Positions 15,046 through 26,419 of a stretch of DNA of 57,115 bases are shown in pieces; positions within the stretch are counted from its first letter, which is position 1; each line of letters begins with the position of its first letter. This DNA is from Pachysolen tannophilus NRRL Y-2460 (taxonomy: Eukaryota). The notes under the pieces are model-generated. The model saw only the letters and a program-made list of their open reading frames with translations, was not told the DNA's origin and made no database searches. Location: the NCBI GenBank assembly GCA_001661245.1, contig KV454017.1:1023903-1081017 (forward strand). Direction: 5' to 3'. A program made the translations under genes and the position numbers.

Positions 15046-18000
15046 TTAATGATGTTTCTTTTTGAAAATACTCTTCAACGTATTTTTAGAACCTTTTGAT
15101 TTAGCAGTTGAAGAGCTACGCGTCGAGAAGTTACTATCAAGAGTGGTATTTCCAATATCAGTACCATCACCCTCCAGTTTCGTTGCCTGATCATCAGCGG
15201 CTTTGGAATTTCCATTAGTACTAGATGACTTATTATTTGCGGCAGAATCGTTAGAGACATCTTCATCATTACCTTTGTTTTGCGATGCAAAATGCTCATT
15301 ATTATCAATAGTGGCAACAACCGGCTCACCTGTTGGGGCTGATTTGGTGATTATGTATTTGTCTCCTTGCTCAAAATCCAAACCATTTTGGTCTTTATTA
15401 GACTCGTTTTTTTGTCCTCTTTGTTCAATAGTATTAGAATTTCCAACAGGAATATTTGATGGAAACTCTTGTCTTTTCAACTGTGCTAATGATTTGGGAT
15501 TGCCAGCCACATTATTTTGAATATCATTATTTTTTGAATCTTCTAAATTTTTTAATTCATGTTTCTTTGTCTCCAAAATTTCATTATTATTGTTTTTAAT
15601 CAATTCAATTTTTTGATTCTCTTTCTTTAATGATTGATTTTCCAAAGATTCCAATTCTTTTTTTTTTGATTGCAATTCATCTAATTGTTGTTGTTTTTCA
15701 TTATGAACTGATTCCAAAAAAATTTGATCTTTAATTTCTCCATCTTTAGAAAATAATTCGTTATAAGAAATATTATTTGATTCAACATGAGGTACTTTAG
15801 AATCTATATGATTAATATTGTCTTTTTCTAAAATCTGGTTTGGTTCAGAAACCTTTTCTGTTTCATTTATAGTTTTTTCAAATTTTTTTGAATCATCGAT
15901 ATCCTTATTCGTAGTTAACTTCTCTCTAATTGAATTTGCTTCTGCTAACAAATAATCAATATTGTTTAAATTACCAATATCTTTCGATTCAAGTTCAACA
16001 GAAGGATTTTTTCTAACGTATACACTGCTGATATACCGTTCTCTAACAGAAAGATCACTATCTTTTTCTAATTCCACATCGTTTTCTTCCAAGTAAGAAA
16101 GGTAATAATCTAGAATTATTTCTCCAATTTTCACAATTCCAACAGTAAGATGTTCAGCAATCAATGCAGGACCCACAATTTTCCACCATCTTATACCAAC
16201 TGCAGATCTTGAAGATGATGAAACAATATCACCATTGTACATAATGGAAATAGTGACAGAAGTTAAAGAACCAACACAAATTAAAAATTTCAAACAATTA
16301 TCCCAGGGGAAAATTGACTCTGATCTATCTGGTACTGGAGATTTAACCATTGATAAAATTTTTAAATAGTCCAATTTTTGTTCAATAAGATTGATAATAA
16401 GGGAGATTAAAGGACCTAAAGACCAAACTGGTCCAAACATAGTAAGGAATCCAAATTGTAAAATCAATTGACGATAGTCATCGTTTACATCATAATCTGG
16501 TAGTTGTAAATTTTTCCTGACATGAGTTAAAAATTTTTTTTCTTTTTCATTATCTTGAAAATCAACCAATAAATCATTTTCTTTTCCTAATAATTCTTTA
16601 ACTTTTGGATGTGATAAAACTTTTCGAAGGATTAATGGTAATGCAAATTCCATAAATAATCCAACAATTTGATTTGTTAATATGAAATATTGATATTGAG
16701 TTCCTAGTCTAAATTGATTTACAGTAAAATCGCTTCTCTTAACTGTAATGTTACCAGCATATTTTGTTAAATGATCACTAAAATCTGGTAAGTAATCATT
16801 TAATTTAAAACCAAATGGTAAATAAATAAAGCTAGTAATTAATAATGCCATATAACTAGTTAAAAAATTGAAAATAAATGTTTTAATCAAGTTTGAATAA
16901 TCATATGAAGATTTTGTTCGATGATGTTCCCATTTTAAGTAAATTGAAACAAATTTATTATAAAAAATTGTAACTATAGTCACCAATACAATCAACAAAA
17001 CAGTTGGAACTAAGGATAGATATGATTTCAACCAACCATCATAAATTTCGTTTAAAAAAATTTCAACAACAAAGGAAAATAATTGGCATCCAACTAAAGT
17101 ACCAATAAATACTAAGGATAAAGGTAAGAAAAAAACTTGTTTAATTAATTTTTTATAAGTTGGTTCTCTTAAAATTGAATTATCTGTTAAATTTTCAGCC
17201 ATTGGAATTTCAACTTTTGAAATTTTTTTGGTACCCCATTGATCAACTAATTTTGATTGAGTTAATTTCCAATATAGGTAAAAAGCAATTGACCAAGATA
17301 AATTAACAATTGTAAAAATTAAAGAATAATTTTTAAAAATCAAATTTAATGAAAATCCAATAAAAGTTAAAGGGAATAACCAATTAATATAAGTATTAAG
17401 GAAATAATGATAAAAAGCATATTTACTTCCAAAATAATGTAAGATAAAATTAATATTTTTATTATTTTCATTTGTATTGAAACTTGAAATATTAAAAATT
17501 GTTGATTTTAATTGTTTTTGAATAATTTCATAATTTGCTACAGGTAATATTGTCTTAACATGAGTCCAATTACCACTTTGAGCAGTAATACCACAACCTC
17601 CATTAGAAATTGGACTTGTTAAAATCAAATAAATGATTCTTAATCTTTCTGCAGGTGATAAATTTTTTATATCCAGTTTACTTTCCAACAATTCATTATT
17701 AACACCATAGATCCAATCTTTTATTTCATCATCTTCAACCAGCTTTAATAATGCAGAATCACTTAATTTAACGAAAACCAATATAGTATCAGCTTTATCT
17801 GGTCTAATTTCCAAATAAAATTTTTTAGAATCTAAAACTTTAAGTAATTCATTTAAATCTGAATTTGAATCACCTTCAGATTTATCCAGCGCATACGATA
17901 CTTGTAATACAAAATCTGGATTCAATTCAATTAATGACTGAAAAGTTGTACCAGAAGTAGCAGCTGTATCAGCAACAGCGCTAACTGCTGTACCAGCAGC

Positions 18001-18111
18001 GCTAACAGCTGTATCTTCAGAACCAGTAGTATCAGTTATATTTCCACCACGTACAGGACGGCGCCTCACATTCTCATCATAATTGAGATTAACCGAAGTC
18101 GATGTCGACAT
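15046..18111 (-). CDS. IST2: Anoctamin/TMEM16-family cortical ER-plasma membrane tether
   Basis: SPAERLR, about 8 TM segments, DYDVNDDYRQLILQFGFL, long acidic disordered tail and polybasic C-terminus (KSIFKKKHH). Confidence 0.9.
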   Translation of the reverse strand: MSTSTSVNLNYDENVRRRPVRGGNITDTTGSEDTAVSAAGTAVSAVADTAATSGTTFQSLIELNPDFVLQVSYALDKSEGDSNSDLNELLKVLDSKKFYLEIRPDKADTILVFVKLSDSALLKLVEDDEIKDWIYGVNNELLESKLDIKNLSPAERLRIIYLILTSPISNGGCGITAQSGNWTHVKTILPVANYEIIQKQLKSTIFNISSFNTNENNKNINFILHYFGSKYAFYHYFLNTYINWLFPLTFIGFSLNLIFKNYSLIFTIVNLSWSIAFYLYWKLTQSKLVDQWGTKKISKVEIPMAENLTDNSILREPTYKKLIKQVFFLPLSLVFIGTLVGCQLFSFVVEIFLNEIYDGWLKSYLSLVPTVLLIVLVTIVTIFYNKFVSIYLKWEHHRTKSSYDYSNLIKTFIFNFLTSYMALLITSFIYLPFGFKLNDYLPDFSDHLTKYAGNITVKRSDFTVNQFRLGTQYQYFILTNQIVGLFMEFALPLILRKVLSHPKVKELLGKENDLLVDFQDNEKEKKFLTHVRKNLQLPDYDVNDDYRQLILQFGFLTMFGPVWSLGPLISLIINLIEQKLDYLKILSMVKSPVPDRSESIFPWDNCLKFLICVGSLTSVTISIMYNGDIVSSSSRSAVGIRWWKIVGPALIAEHLTVGIVKIGEIILDYYLSYLEENDVELEKDSDLSVRERYISSVYVRKNPSVELESKDIGNLNNIDYLLAEANSIREKLTTNKDIDDSKKFEKTINETEKVSEPNQILEKDNINHIDSKVPHVESNNISYNELFSKDGEIKDQIFLESVHNEKQQQLDELQSKKKELESLENQSLKKENQKIELIKNNNNEILETKKHELKNLEDSKNNDIQNNVAGNPKSLAQLKRQEFPSNIPVGNSNTIEQRGQKNESNKDQNGLDFEQGDKYIITKSAPTGEPVVATIDNNEHFASQNKGNDEDVSNDSAANNKSSSTNGNSKAADDQATKLEGDGTDIGNTTLDSNFSTRSSSTAKSKGSKNTLKSIFKKKHH

Positions 18112-18501
18112 TTCTTTCCTTACCGCTGTTTAATTCAATTATTTTGAAAAGAATATTTAATTAATATAAAAAAATGATAAATATTATATATATAGATAAA
18201 TAGATAGATGCCCTTTGAAACAAACAAAATCCTTTACATTTAACATTGCTCCAGCGAATTACCTAATTCGGATGATTTGATATTGCGTAAACGACCCATC
18301 ACAAATAAGTCAAAAAAACAAAAAATTTTTGAATTGGAAAACAAAGTGTTAAAAAAAAAAAAAAGAAAAATAACCCAACCAAATTGTGGATATATAATAT
18401 TAAAGAATACAAGTAGTAAAGTAGATTATTTTTGTTAGGTTGATACTTGCGATTTATATTTTTTGTTTTTTCCAGTTTTTCTTTTATGTGATTAAAGAGA
18501 T

Positions 18502-19434
18502 ATGGTTAGTTTGTTTAAAAAAATACATTTTTATTTTAAGTCGTCGTTAGCGCTATTGACGTTACTTTTTTGTGCAGTATATGGTGTATTAGCATCTGTT
18601 GTATTGGGTATATCTGGTAAAAAATATTTATCACAATGGGCTACAGCTAGGTTTTTTTATTGTGTTTTTTCAAATCTTTTCAATATTAAGATTGAAGTTG
18701 AACACGAGGAAAGATTACAAAGTTTACCTTCTATTATTATTGGTAATCATCAATCTGTATTAGATATATTAATATTAGGGAAAATTTTTCCAAAAGGTTG
18801 TTTTGTAACATCAAAAGAATCTTTAAAATATGTTCCATTTTTAGGATGGTTTATGAGTTTAAGTGGTACATTTTTCATAAATAGATCTAATAGGGAAAGA
18901 GCAGTAAGAACTTTAAATAATGCTTTAGAAGAAATGAAAAAAAATAAACATGCAATTTTTATGTTTCCTGAAGGTACAAGATCTTATGCTTTAACTCCAA
19001 CATTATTACCTTTTAAAAAAGGTGCTTTCCATATGGCTGTACAATCTGGAATTCAAATTGTACCAATTGTACTGTCTAATACTTCATCATTAGTAAGTGG
19101 GAAATTATATAATTTTAAACAAGGTATTATTAAAATTAAAGTTCTTGAACCAATTCAAACTTCACATTTAACAAAAGATGATGTACATAAATTAGCAGAA
19201 AATACAAGACAACAAATGTTAGAAGTTGTAAATGAATTAGGTTTTTCAAAAGTTAATGGTGATGATTTTACAAATGACACTTTGGAACAAGAAGCAACTC
19301 AAGTAATAGAACAACAACAAAGCCAAGATGCAACAACAGACCTGGATGTAACAGATATGGATACATCTGTTCAAGAAGAACAAGTCCATGAGTCAACTTC
19401 ATTACTCTCGAACAAGAAAGGGGTTACGGATTAA
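18502..19434 (+). CDS. SLC1: 1-acyl-sn-glycerol-3-phosphate acyltransferase
   Basis: NHQSVLD, FINRSNR, FPEGTRSY and FKKGAFH acyltransferase motifs. Confidence 0.95.
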   Translation: MVSLFKKIHFYFKSSLALLTLLFCAVYGVLASVVLGISGKKYLSQWATARFFYCVFSNLFNIKIEVEHEERLQSLPSIIIGNHQSVLDILILGKIFPKGCFVTSKESLKYVPFLGWFMSLSGTFFINRSNRERAVRTLNNALEEMKKNKHAIFMFPEGTRSYALTPTLLPFKKGAFHMAVQSGIQIVPIVLSNTSSLVSGKLYNFKQGIIKIKVLEPIQTSHLTKDDVHKLAENTRQQMLEVVNELGFSKVNGDDFTNDTLEQEATQVIEQQQSQDATTDLDVTDMDTSVQEEQVHESTSLLSNKKGVTD

Positions 19435-20048
19435 TGAATTATTTTTTATAAATATATAATAACTAATTTTGTGTGTGTGTGTGATTTTTTTATTTTTTTA
19501 TTTTCTAAATAATTTTATTGTTAACCCACTTTAAAGAATGTAAATGTACTTTTTTAACATTTTACATTTACATTTACATTTATTTACATGTTTATAGATT
19601 TTTAGTTAGATATAATAATAATAATAATATATATATATATGCATTAAAATTAACTATAAACTTGTTTCGTGTTTTCATTTTCATTTTACGTGTCATATTT
19701 TTTTATCAATTTCAATACTATTATTGGTAGAATCAAGGCAGGGTTCTAAAGTCATGAGTCGTGACTGCATATGAGCTATGCATTGATCTATACTTGAATT
19801 ATAAAGTAAAATAATTTATTTAACTTACTGACTTTAAGTACACTATTTATAGGTTGATAATATAAATCTCGACACTCTTATTGCGCGGCTGAGCCAAAAT
19901 AATTGTTGTTTGCATTTTTATTTCTAACTAAAAACTTGAAGATAAAATATATAAGATTAGTTTTTTTTGCTCTTTTTATAAAAAAAAAATTTAGTGTTTA
20001 GTATCTTGTTATAAGATTTATAAATATAAATATAAAGATAAAGATACC

Positions 20049-20377
20049 ATGTACCGAAAAGTGAGTTTAAATTTGATTTTTGTTATTAGTACTATAAGGT
20101 ACTGGATAATAGTAGCTGTTTTGTCAGTTTTTATTTTTTAAAAACTTAATTTACTAACCTTATCAATGTGTTTTTTCTCTCTCTTTTTTTTTTTAAATAG
20201 CAATATCCTCCACCAGGTGGTTACTATCAACAACAGCCACAAATGTATTATGTTCAGCAACCTCCACCTCCTCGTAGAGGCGGTGGAGGTGGAGGTGGTT
20301 GTTGTGAATGTTTGGCTGCTCTTTGTTGTTGTTGTGCTATTGATGAATGTTTGAATTGCTGTTGCTTTTTGTGCTAG
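20049..20377 (+). CDS. Small CYSTM (cysteine-rich transmembrane module) protein; join(20049..20060,20201..20377), 62 aa
   Basis: Spliced product MYRKQYPPPGGYYQQQPQMYYVQQPPPPRRGGGGGGGCCECLAALCCCCAIDECLNCCCFLC. Intron GTGAGT...TACTAAC...TAG. A P/Q/Y-rich head plus CLAALCCCC tail is typical of the CYSTM family. Absent from the ORF track. Confidence 0.88.
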
Positions 20378-20597
20378 ATATTTTATAGAGGAATTGAGAG
20401 ATTTTATTATGATTTATATGTTTTTTTCTTTTTGGGGTATATTTTATATTGTAAAAAAAAAAATAGAAAATATATATAAAAAAACAAACCATTTGATTGA
20501 TAACAAGAAAAAGGTAAAGNAAAAAAAAAAAAGTTAAAACATTTTTGGAAAAAAATGGGTTATTAATTAATATTTATTTATTTATATTGTAGATTAA

Positions 20598-21907
20598 ATG
20601 TCTGAGAGAGTAACATTGATTCCTTTAATAATACGAGATAAGTCGACTTTGGATATTATAGAAGGAGATGATAAGTTATATATTCATGTAATTGATTTAG
20701 ATAAATCAAGTGATGGTGAGAACAAGTTGAAAAATCCAGATGTGATTTTTAAAGAAATACAATATATAAATTCTAATATTGAAACACCAAATCGAATATT
20801 AGGTTTAGATTTGGATTTTAAAGAAGAAGAATTAAAATTGAACAATGATAAATCATTAAATAATAATTTTAAAATTAATTTACAAATAGAGGCAACTACA
20901 GGTATTTTAAATTTTTGTCAAAAAATAAATAATCAATTAGCAATAAATGAGATTAAATCAAAATCTTTTAATTTTAATGAAAAATTTCCTAAAGATGATG
21001 AATATTTTTTAAAATTTTTATGGTTTTATTTATTAAAAGGTTCATATGATTTATTAGAAGATTATTCTATAAAAAGTATCTTAACATGTGATTATGGTAA
21101 AGAAGAAGAAGAAGGTGATTTAGAAATTGTTATAACCAATAAAAATGAATTTGATATAACTTTAGCTACAATTAATTTAAAGCAAGATAAGAATTTAAAA
21201 ATTGATCTTTTCCAATGGTTTGATCTTAGTATTCAAGTTCAAGATTATAATTTTAGGAAAATGATTTCCAATTTATATCATGAGAATTTTTTACTTAAAT
21301 TTGAAAAAAAAATCTTATTGATGAGAATAAAAATTATGAGAAAAATCTTGAAATAATTAAAAAAGATGTTTTAAAATTTTTAGAAATATTAAATAATAAG
21401 AAATCAAAAATTTTAGAATTAGAACAAGAGAATTTTACAACTAATGAGAATTTAAAATTATTGAATAAGAAAAGATTAGAAAAGGATAAGTATGATCTTG
21501 ATAAATCTGTTATTGATATAACCGATTTATCAAATGAAATTGAAAACGCCAATCCAGAAATAACAACAGGTATTGATTCTTTACCGCAAACTCTAGGCCT
21601 GCAAACTGTGGGCCCAGAAGCTCTAGGCCCACAAACGCTGGAAGTTCTGTCCCCAGGCACACCACCATTGCCATCGCCGCCAAGGAAAAAAATGAAATTT
21701 AAAAAGGAAAACGATGATTATGCCGAACGCACACGACCTTTATCTGATTTTAAAAATTCCAGTAATCTGGATCAAATTATTGTTAACCAACCTTTACATA
21801 CTTTTCCAATAAAACCAGCCCAAAAAAAAAATTCCCAATCCAGTAGCAAAAATAACACAGACACCGCAGACACCGATACCGAGATTGATACCGAGTATAG
21901 TAGTTAG
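20598..21907 (+). CDS. LIF1: XRCC4/Lif1 family NHEJ factor, interrupted by a -1 frameshift at A9 (21304-21312); about 436 aa if repaired
   Basis: After the shift the frame reads KFLEILNNKKSKILELE, matching the XRCC4/Lif1 ligase-IV-binding motif (LNEKK.KI..L). It also has an NLS-like PPRKKMK and an acidic DTDTEIDTE tail. Confidence 0.7.
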
Positions 21908-22928
21908 TTATCCGTATGGGAAAACAGAAAAAAAGAAAAAAAAAGGGGGAAAAAAAAAAAAGGTAAAATTTTCGGTTCAGCAAGAACAAGGCTTAAGGGG
22001 AAAAATTATATAAAGAGAAAATAGGCTATGATGTAATAAACCGATGAACTTCTCCGCGACATCTTCATAACGTCTTCGCGACTTCTCCGCGACTTTTCCA
22101 ATACTTTCCCATAACTTTTTTAAACGTTTTACCTTGTTTTTCATTGTTTTATATATATATATATATATATTATATACATCAGTTTAAACCTATACGATCT
22201 TCTCCATATCGATCTCCGGAAAAGGAAACTCTCCTACTTTGAACAGCGCTTAACTTTTTTTCTTTAAAATGTTATTTAATTATTATTTAAATTAATACAT
22301 TATTATTAAATATTTATATATATATATATATATATATATAAATTTAATTGTTTTTTTTTTTTTTTATTTTTTTTTTTTTAATAAAAAAAAGTATCAATTT
22401 CAGCTTCTGATAATATTTTATATAAATTATCATCCACTTTAGTTCATTCGTTTTTTTACTTTTATTTTCAATTCGATCTTATTATATTTAGCTGAGAAAC
22501 AATTTTTTTTATTTTTTTATTTTTTTTCTTTTTTTCTTTTTTCTTTGTTTTGCTTAAAAAAAAAAATTTTTTTTTTTTTTAATACAATTTTTCACGTTGC
22601 GTTCATTTCAGTTTAAATAATACTGTACTACTGGTGGTTTTTAATATTGATACTAAAAAGAAGGTAGAGTACGAATTATTCTTTATTTAGATCTTTATTC
22701 TTTATTATTGAATAAAGTACCCTTGCAGGTGGAATTAAAAGAGATTTTTTTTTTTCTTTTTTGATTTTGATTTTGTTTTTGCAGATTGAAAAGCAAGAGA
22801 AAGTAAAGTAAATCTTTTCATTCAATTTGATTTCATTCGCTTCTACATTTGCTACAAATATATTTTGTTTGTCTGTTTGTTTGTTTTTATTAAATTTCCT
22901 TCTCATTATCACCACTATTAATATTATA

Positions 22929-25151
22929 ATGTCATACCCATTCACTAGTTATGCTCAAGAGTTATATTCTCAACCACAAAGTGGTGCTGCTATTATACCT
23001 CAACATCTTATGATGCAATCCCCTTATTTGTCACAAAGCAGGTTTCCTCCACCACCTCCAACTGGTAATTTTTATGCACCTCCACATGGTGGGATACAAG
23101 CAAATAATTCCCATCCAAGTTTGCTTAAGCATGGAAGTAATAGTAATGGGAGTGCAAGTGCCAATGGCAATAGCAATGGTAATAGTAATGGCCATGGTCA
23201 TGGCGGCCACGGGAATTCCAATGCCAATGCCAATGGCAGTGGGAGTGGGAATGTCAGTCTAAATGCCAATGTCAACGGTAATGCCAATGCTAATGCCAAC
23301 AACGGTAATGCGAATAGCGGTGTCAATGCTGGGGCTTCAAGTGATGCTGCTGCTGCTGCCCATGCTGCTGGGGCTACCATTAATGGACATGGCGGTATAA
23401 ATAATCCAAATTATTATAGCAACAATAATAGTAATATCAATATTGTAATGCAGGAAGATCAGTATCTGGATTATAATTCCAATGGTCATGATTATGGTAA
23501 TGGTGGCGCAATGCAAGAATATTTAAATTATGAAGATTATGGTTCAAATGGACAATTAAGGCTGGGCAAAAATCTGAATTTACCACCAAATGGAGCAAAT
23601 GGGTTTCAACAACAAGGTGCTCCATCTAGAACCGTTTATTTAGGTAATATACCAAGTGATATTACTCCAAAAGAATTATTGGATCATGTTAGATCAGGTG
23701 TTATAGAAAATGTAAAGATTTTACCTGCTAAAAACTGCGCCTTTATTTCATTTTTAGATGAAAGTTCAGCATTATTATTTCATTCTGATGCAATTTTGAA
23801 AAGGTTAACCATTAAACAAAATGATATTAGAATTGGTTGGGGTAAAAATTCACAATTACAACCCGTTGTATTAAATGCTGTTAATAGGTATGGTGCAACA
23901 AGAAATGTATATTTAGGAAATTTATCACCAGATATTACTGAAGAAGAATTGGAAAATGATTTAAAAGATTTTGGTCCTATTGATACTATAAAAATTATTC
24001 CAGAAAAGAAAATTGCTTTTGTACATTTTACAAGTATTCTTACAGCTATAAGACTTGTTCAAAATTTACCAATAAATGAAAAATATCAAGACAAAAAAAT
24101 TTTTTATGGTAAAGATCGTTGTGCTTTTATAACAAAGACTCAACAACATAATGCAGCACAATATTTGGGCTTGAATCCAAATTATGAACATCTTATAACA
24201 AATGCTGATAGAGATTTTATCTCAACTGCACTTGTACAGCAATCTACCGCAGCAGCAGCTATTGCAACATCTGCTGGAGGTGCCAATAATTTGGGTAATA
24301 GAACTGTTTACTTGGGTAATTTGCATCCGGATTCTACCATTGAAGAAATTTGTAACGTTGTTCGTGGTGGAATTTTACAAAATGTCAGATTAATATCGGA
24401 AAGGCATGTTTGTTTCATCACTTTTATAGATCCAATTGCTGCTGCACAATTTTTTGCAATGGCTAGTTTACATGGATTAATCATCCATAATAGAAAAATT
24501 AAAATTGGTTGGGGTAAGCATAGTGGTCCTTTAAGTAATGCTTTAACCTTAGCTGTTGGAAATGGTGCTAGTAGGAATATCTACGTTGGTGGGTTGGAAT
24601 TAGGAGATGAACAGGAAATAGATGAGGAAGTGGAGTTCGATGAGAAAAGTAACATAGATTTGAATAATGAAATTGCAAAAGAACAAGATGAAGAAAATAA
24701 GGAGACTGAATCTCAAACACAAGAAAATGGTATTGAAATCCCTTCGTCAGTGAAGACGGAACATGGAGAATCCAAATCATCAAAAATAGTTTACACTGCC
24801 TCAAAATTGCGCAATGATTTTGGAGAGTTTGGTGAAATTGAACAAATTAATTTCTATATTGAGAAAAATTGTGCTTTTGTAAACTTCACAAACATTTCTA
24901 ATGCTATTAAGGCAATAGATGGTATTAAGTATAATAAAGATTACGAGAATTTGAAAATTAATTTTGGAAAAGATAGATGTGGTAATATACCTAGACAATT
25001 CCAAAACGGTTCTTCATCTGGTGAAATTAATAACAGCAATAACTTACGTTTCAAGGGATCTATTGGAAAAGAAGGTGAATTTACGCATGATGGTTCTTTC
25101 AGTGATTTAAATGGTAATATCAATACTGAAGATTTTTTAGAAGACAATTAA
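22929..25151 (+). CDS. MRN1: Four-RRM RNA-binding protein with N/G/A-rich low-complexity N-terminus
   Basis: SRTVYLGN...LLFHSDAILKRL...IGWGK, TRNVYLGNL, YGKDRC, GNRTVYLGNL, INFGKDRC; first ATG at 22929. Confidence 0.88.
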   Translation: MSYPFTSYAQELYSQPQSGAAIIPQHLMMQSPYLSQSRFPPPPPTGNFYAPPHGGIQANNSHPSLLKHGSNSNGSASANGNSNGNSNGHGHGGHGNSNANANGSGSGNVSLNANVNGNANANANNGNANSGVNAGASSDAAAAAHAAGATINGHGGINNPNYYSNNNSNINIVMQEDQYLDYNSNGHDYGNGGAMQEYLNYEDYGSNGQLRLGKNLNLPPNGANGFQQQGAPSRTVYLGNIPSDITPKELLDHVRSGVIENVKILPAKNCAFISFLDESSALLFHSDAILKRLTIKQNDIRIGWGKNSQLQPVVLNAVNRYGATRNVYLGNLSPDITEEELENDLKDFGPIDTIKIIPEKKIAFVHFTSILTAIRLVQNLPINEKYQDKKIFYGKDRCAFITKTQQHNAAQYLGLNPNYEHLITNADRDFISTALVQQSTAAAAIATSAGGANNLGNRTVYLGNLHPDSTIEEICNVVRGGILQNVRLISERHVCFITFIDPIAAAQFFAMASLHGLIIHNRKIKIGWGKHSGPLSNALTLAVGNGASRNIYVGGLELGDEQEIDEEVEFDEKSNIDLNNEIAKEQDEENKETESQTQENGIEIPSSVKTEHGESKSSKIVYTASKLRNDFGEFGEIEQINFYIEKNCAFVNFTNISNAIKAIDGIKYNKDYENLKINFGKDRCGNIPRQFQNGSSSGEINNSNNLRFKGSIGKEGEFTHDGSFSDLNGNINTEDFLEDN

Positions 25152-25286
25152 AAGACATGATAACTTAAAAATAAAATACTAAAAAGACAAATAGAAAAAA
25201 AAAATTAAAAAAAACAAAAAAAAACAAAAAAAAAAGAAAAATAAAGAACTTCGTATGCTAGATCTTGCATTTTGTTAATCTCTCTA

Positions 25287-26060
25287 TCTTTAGAGTTAAG
25301 AAAAAAAATTTATAAATTGGCCGAGATACATGATTTTATAATAGTTGAAGATGATCCTTATGGGTATTTAATAATGCCTCCTTATAAAGATTTTAAATTA
25401 GGAAACGTAACTCTTGATATAACTCCAGAAGATTACGTCTCCAAATTATTACCATCATCATATTTGACTATAGATACAGTTGGACGTGTCATCAGGTGTG
25501 AATCTTTTTCTAAAATTTTTGCACCAGGTTTACGTTTGGGATTCATTGTTTGTCATAAAGAATTTACGCAAAGAATTAATATATATGGTGGTATTACTAC
25601 TGGGTTTTCTCTGGGTGTTTCCCAAATGTTAGTTACAAATACTATTGATCAGCTTGGTGGTTTTAATGGCTGGATAGAATGGTTGATCAAACTTAGAAAT
25701 GAGTACACATATAGGAGAAATGCAATGTTAGATATATTGTATAATTCAAAAGCATTCAAAAATGGCTTGATCGATCCAATTGATCCAAATTGTGGAATGT
25801 TTGTCATTGTTATTGTGAAATTTAACAGACCCGAAACAGAATATAAAGAATTGATACAGAAATTGATATATAAGACAATTGAAAATGGTGTGAATGTTGT
25901 TCCTGGAACAAACATGATGTTTGATGAAAAATCTATTTCTCGTGCTAATTTTATGAGATTGACTTTTTCTACATTAGAAGACAATGACGAAATTTCTGAA
26001 GCAACAAAAAGGTTTACTAAATCAATAGAAGAATTTTTCAGTGATTTACAAATTGAATAG
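25287..26060 (+). pseudogene. ARO9: C-terminal half of aromatic aminotransferase II (inverted relative to its N-terminal half)
   Basis: SLELRKKIY..IIVEDDPYGYL, DTVGRVIRCESFSKIFAPGLRLG (PLP lysine). No proper start codon; homology begins exactly where the minus-strand half ends. Confidence 0.85.
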
Positions 26061-26419
26061 CTTTAAATTTTTGATTTTAGAGATTTTTATTTCAATTGTA
26101 TCAAATCCATAAATTTATATAAAAGTAAAAAAAGTAAATTGAACAGTTTTTTAGGTTATTTTTGACAAATAAAAAGGTAAAAACTAAAAATATTGTTCAA
26201 ATATCAAATGATAAGAAAAATTTTTATAATAAAGACAAAAATCAAATTGAAGAATAAAAAAATTTATGAAACAGAACTGAAACAAGTAGAATGCAGATTT
26301 TTTTATAAAAAATAGAAGTTTTTCTTTTTTTTTTTTTCCTTGTTTTTCTGACTTTATCTATCCGTTGACAGGAAATCCAGTTCAATATGTATATAGATCA
26401 TTATTGTACATATAATGAT

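Noticed and set aside
20166..20354. 62-aa Val-rich ORF in the track
   Set aside because: Wrong frame; it overlaps the intron and the real CYSTM exon.
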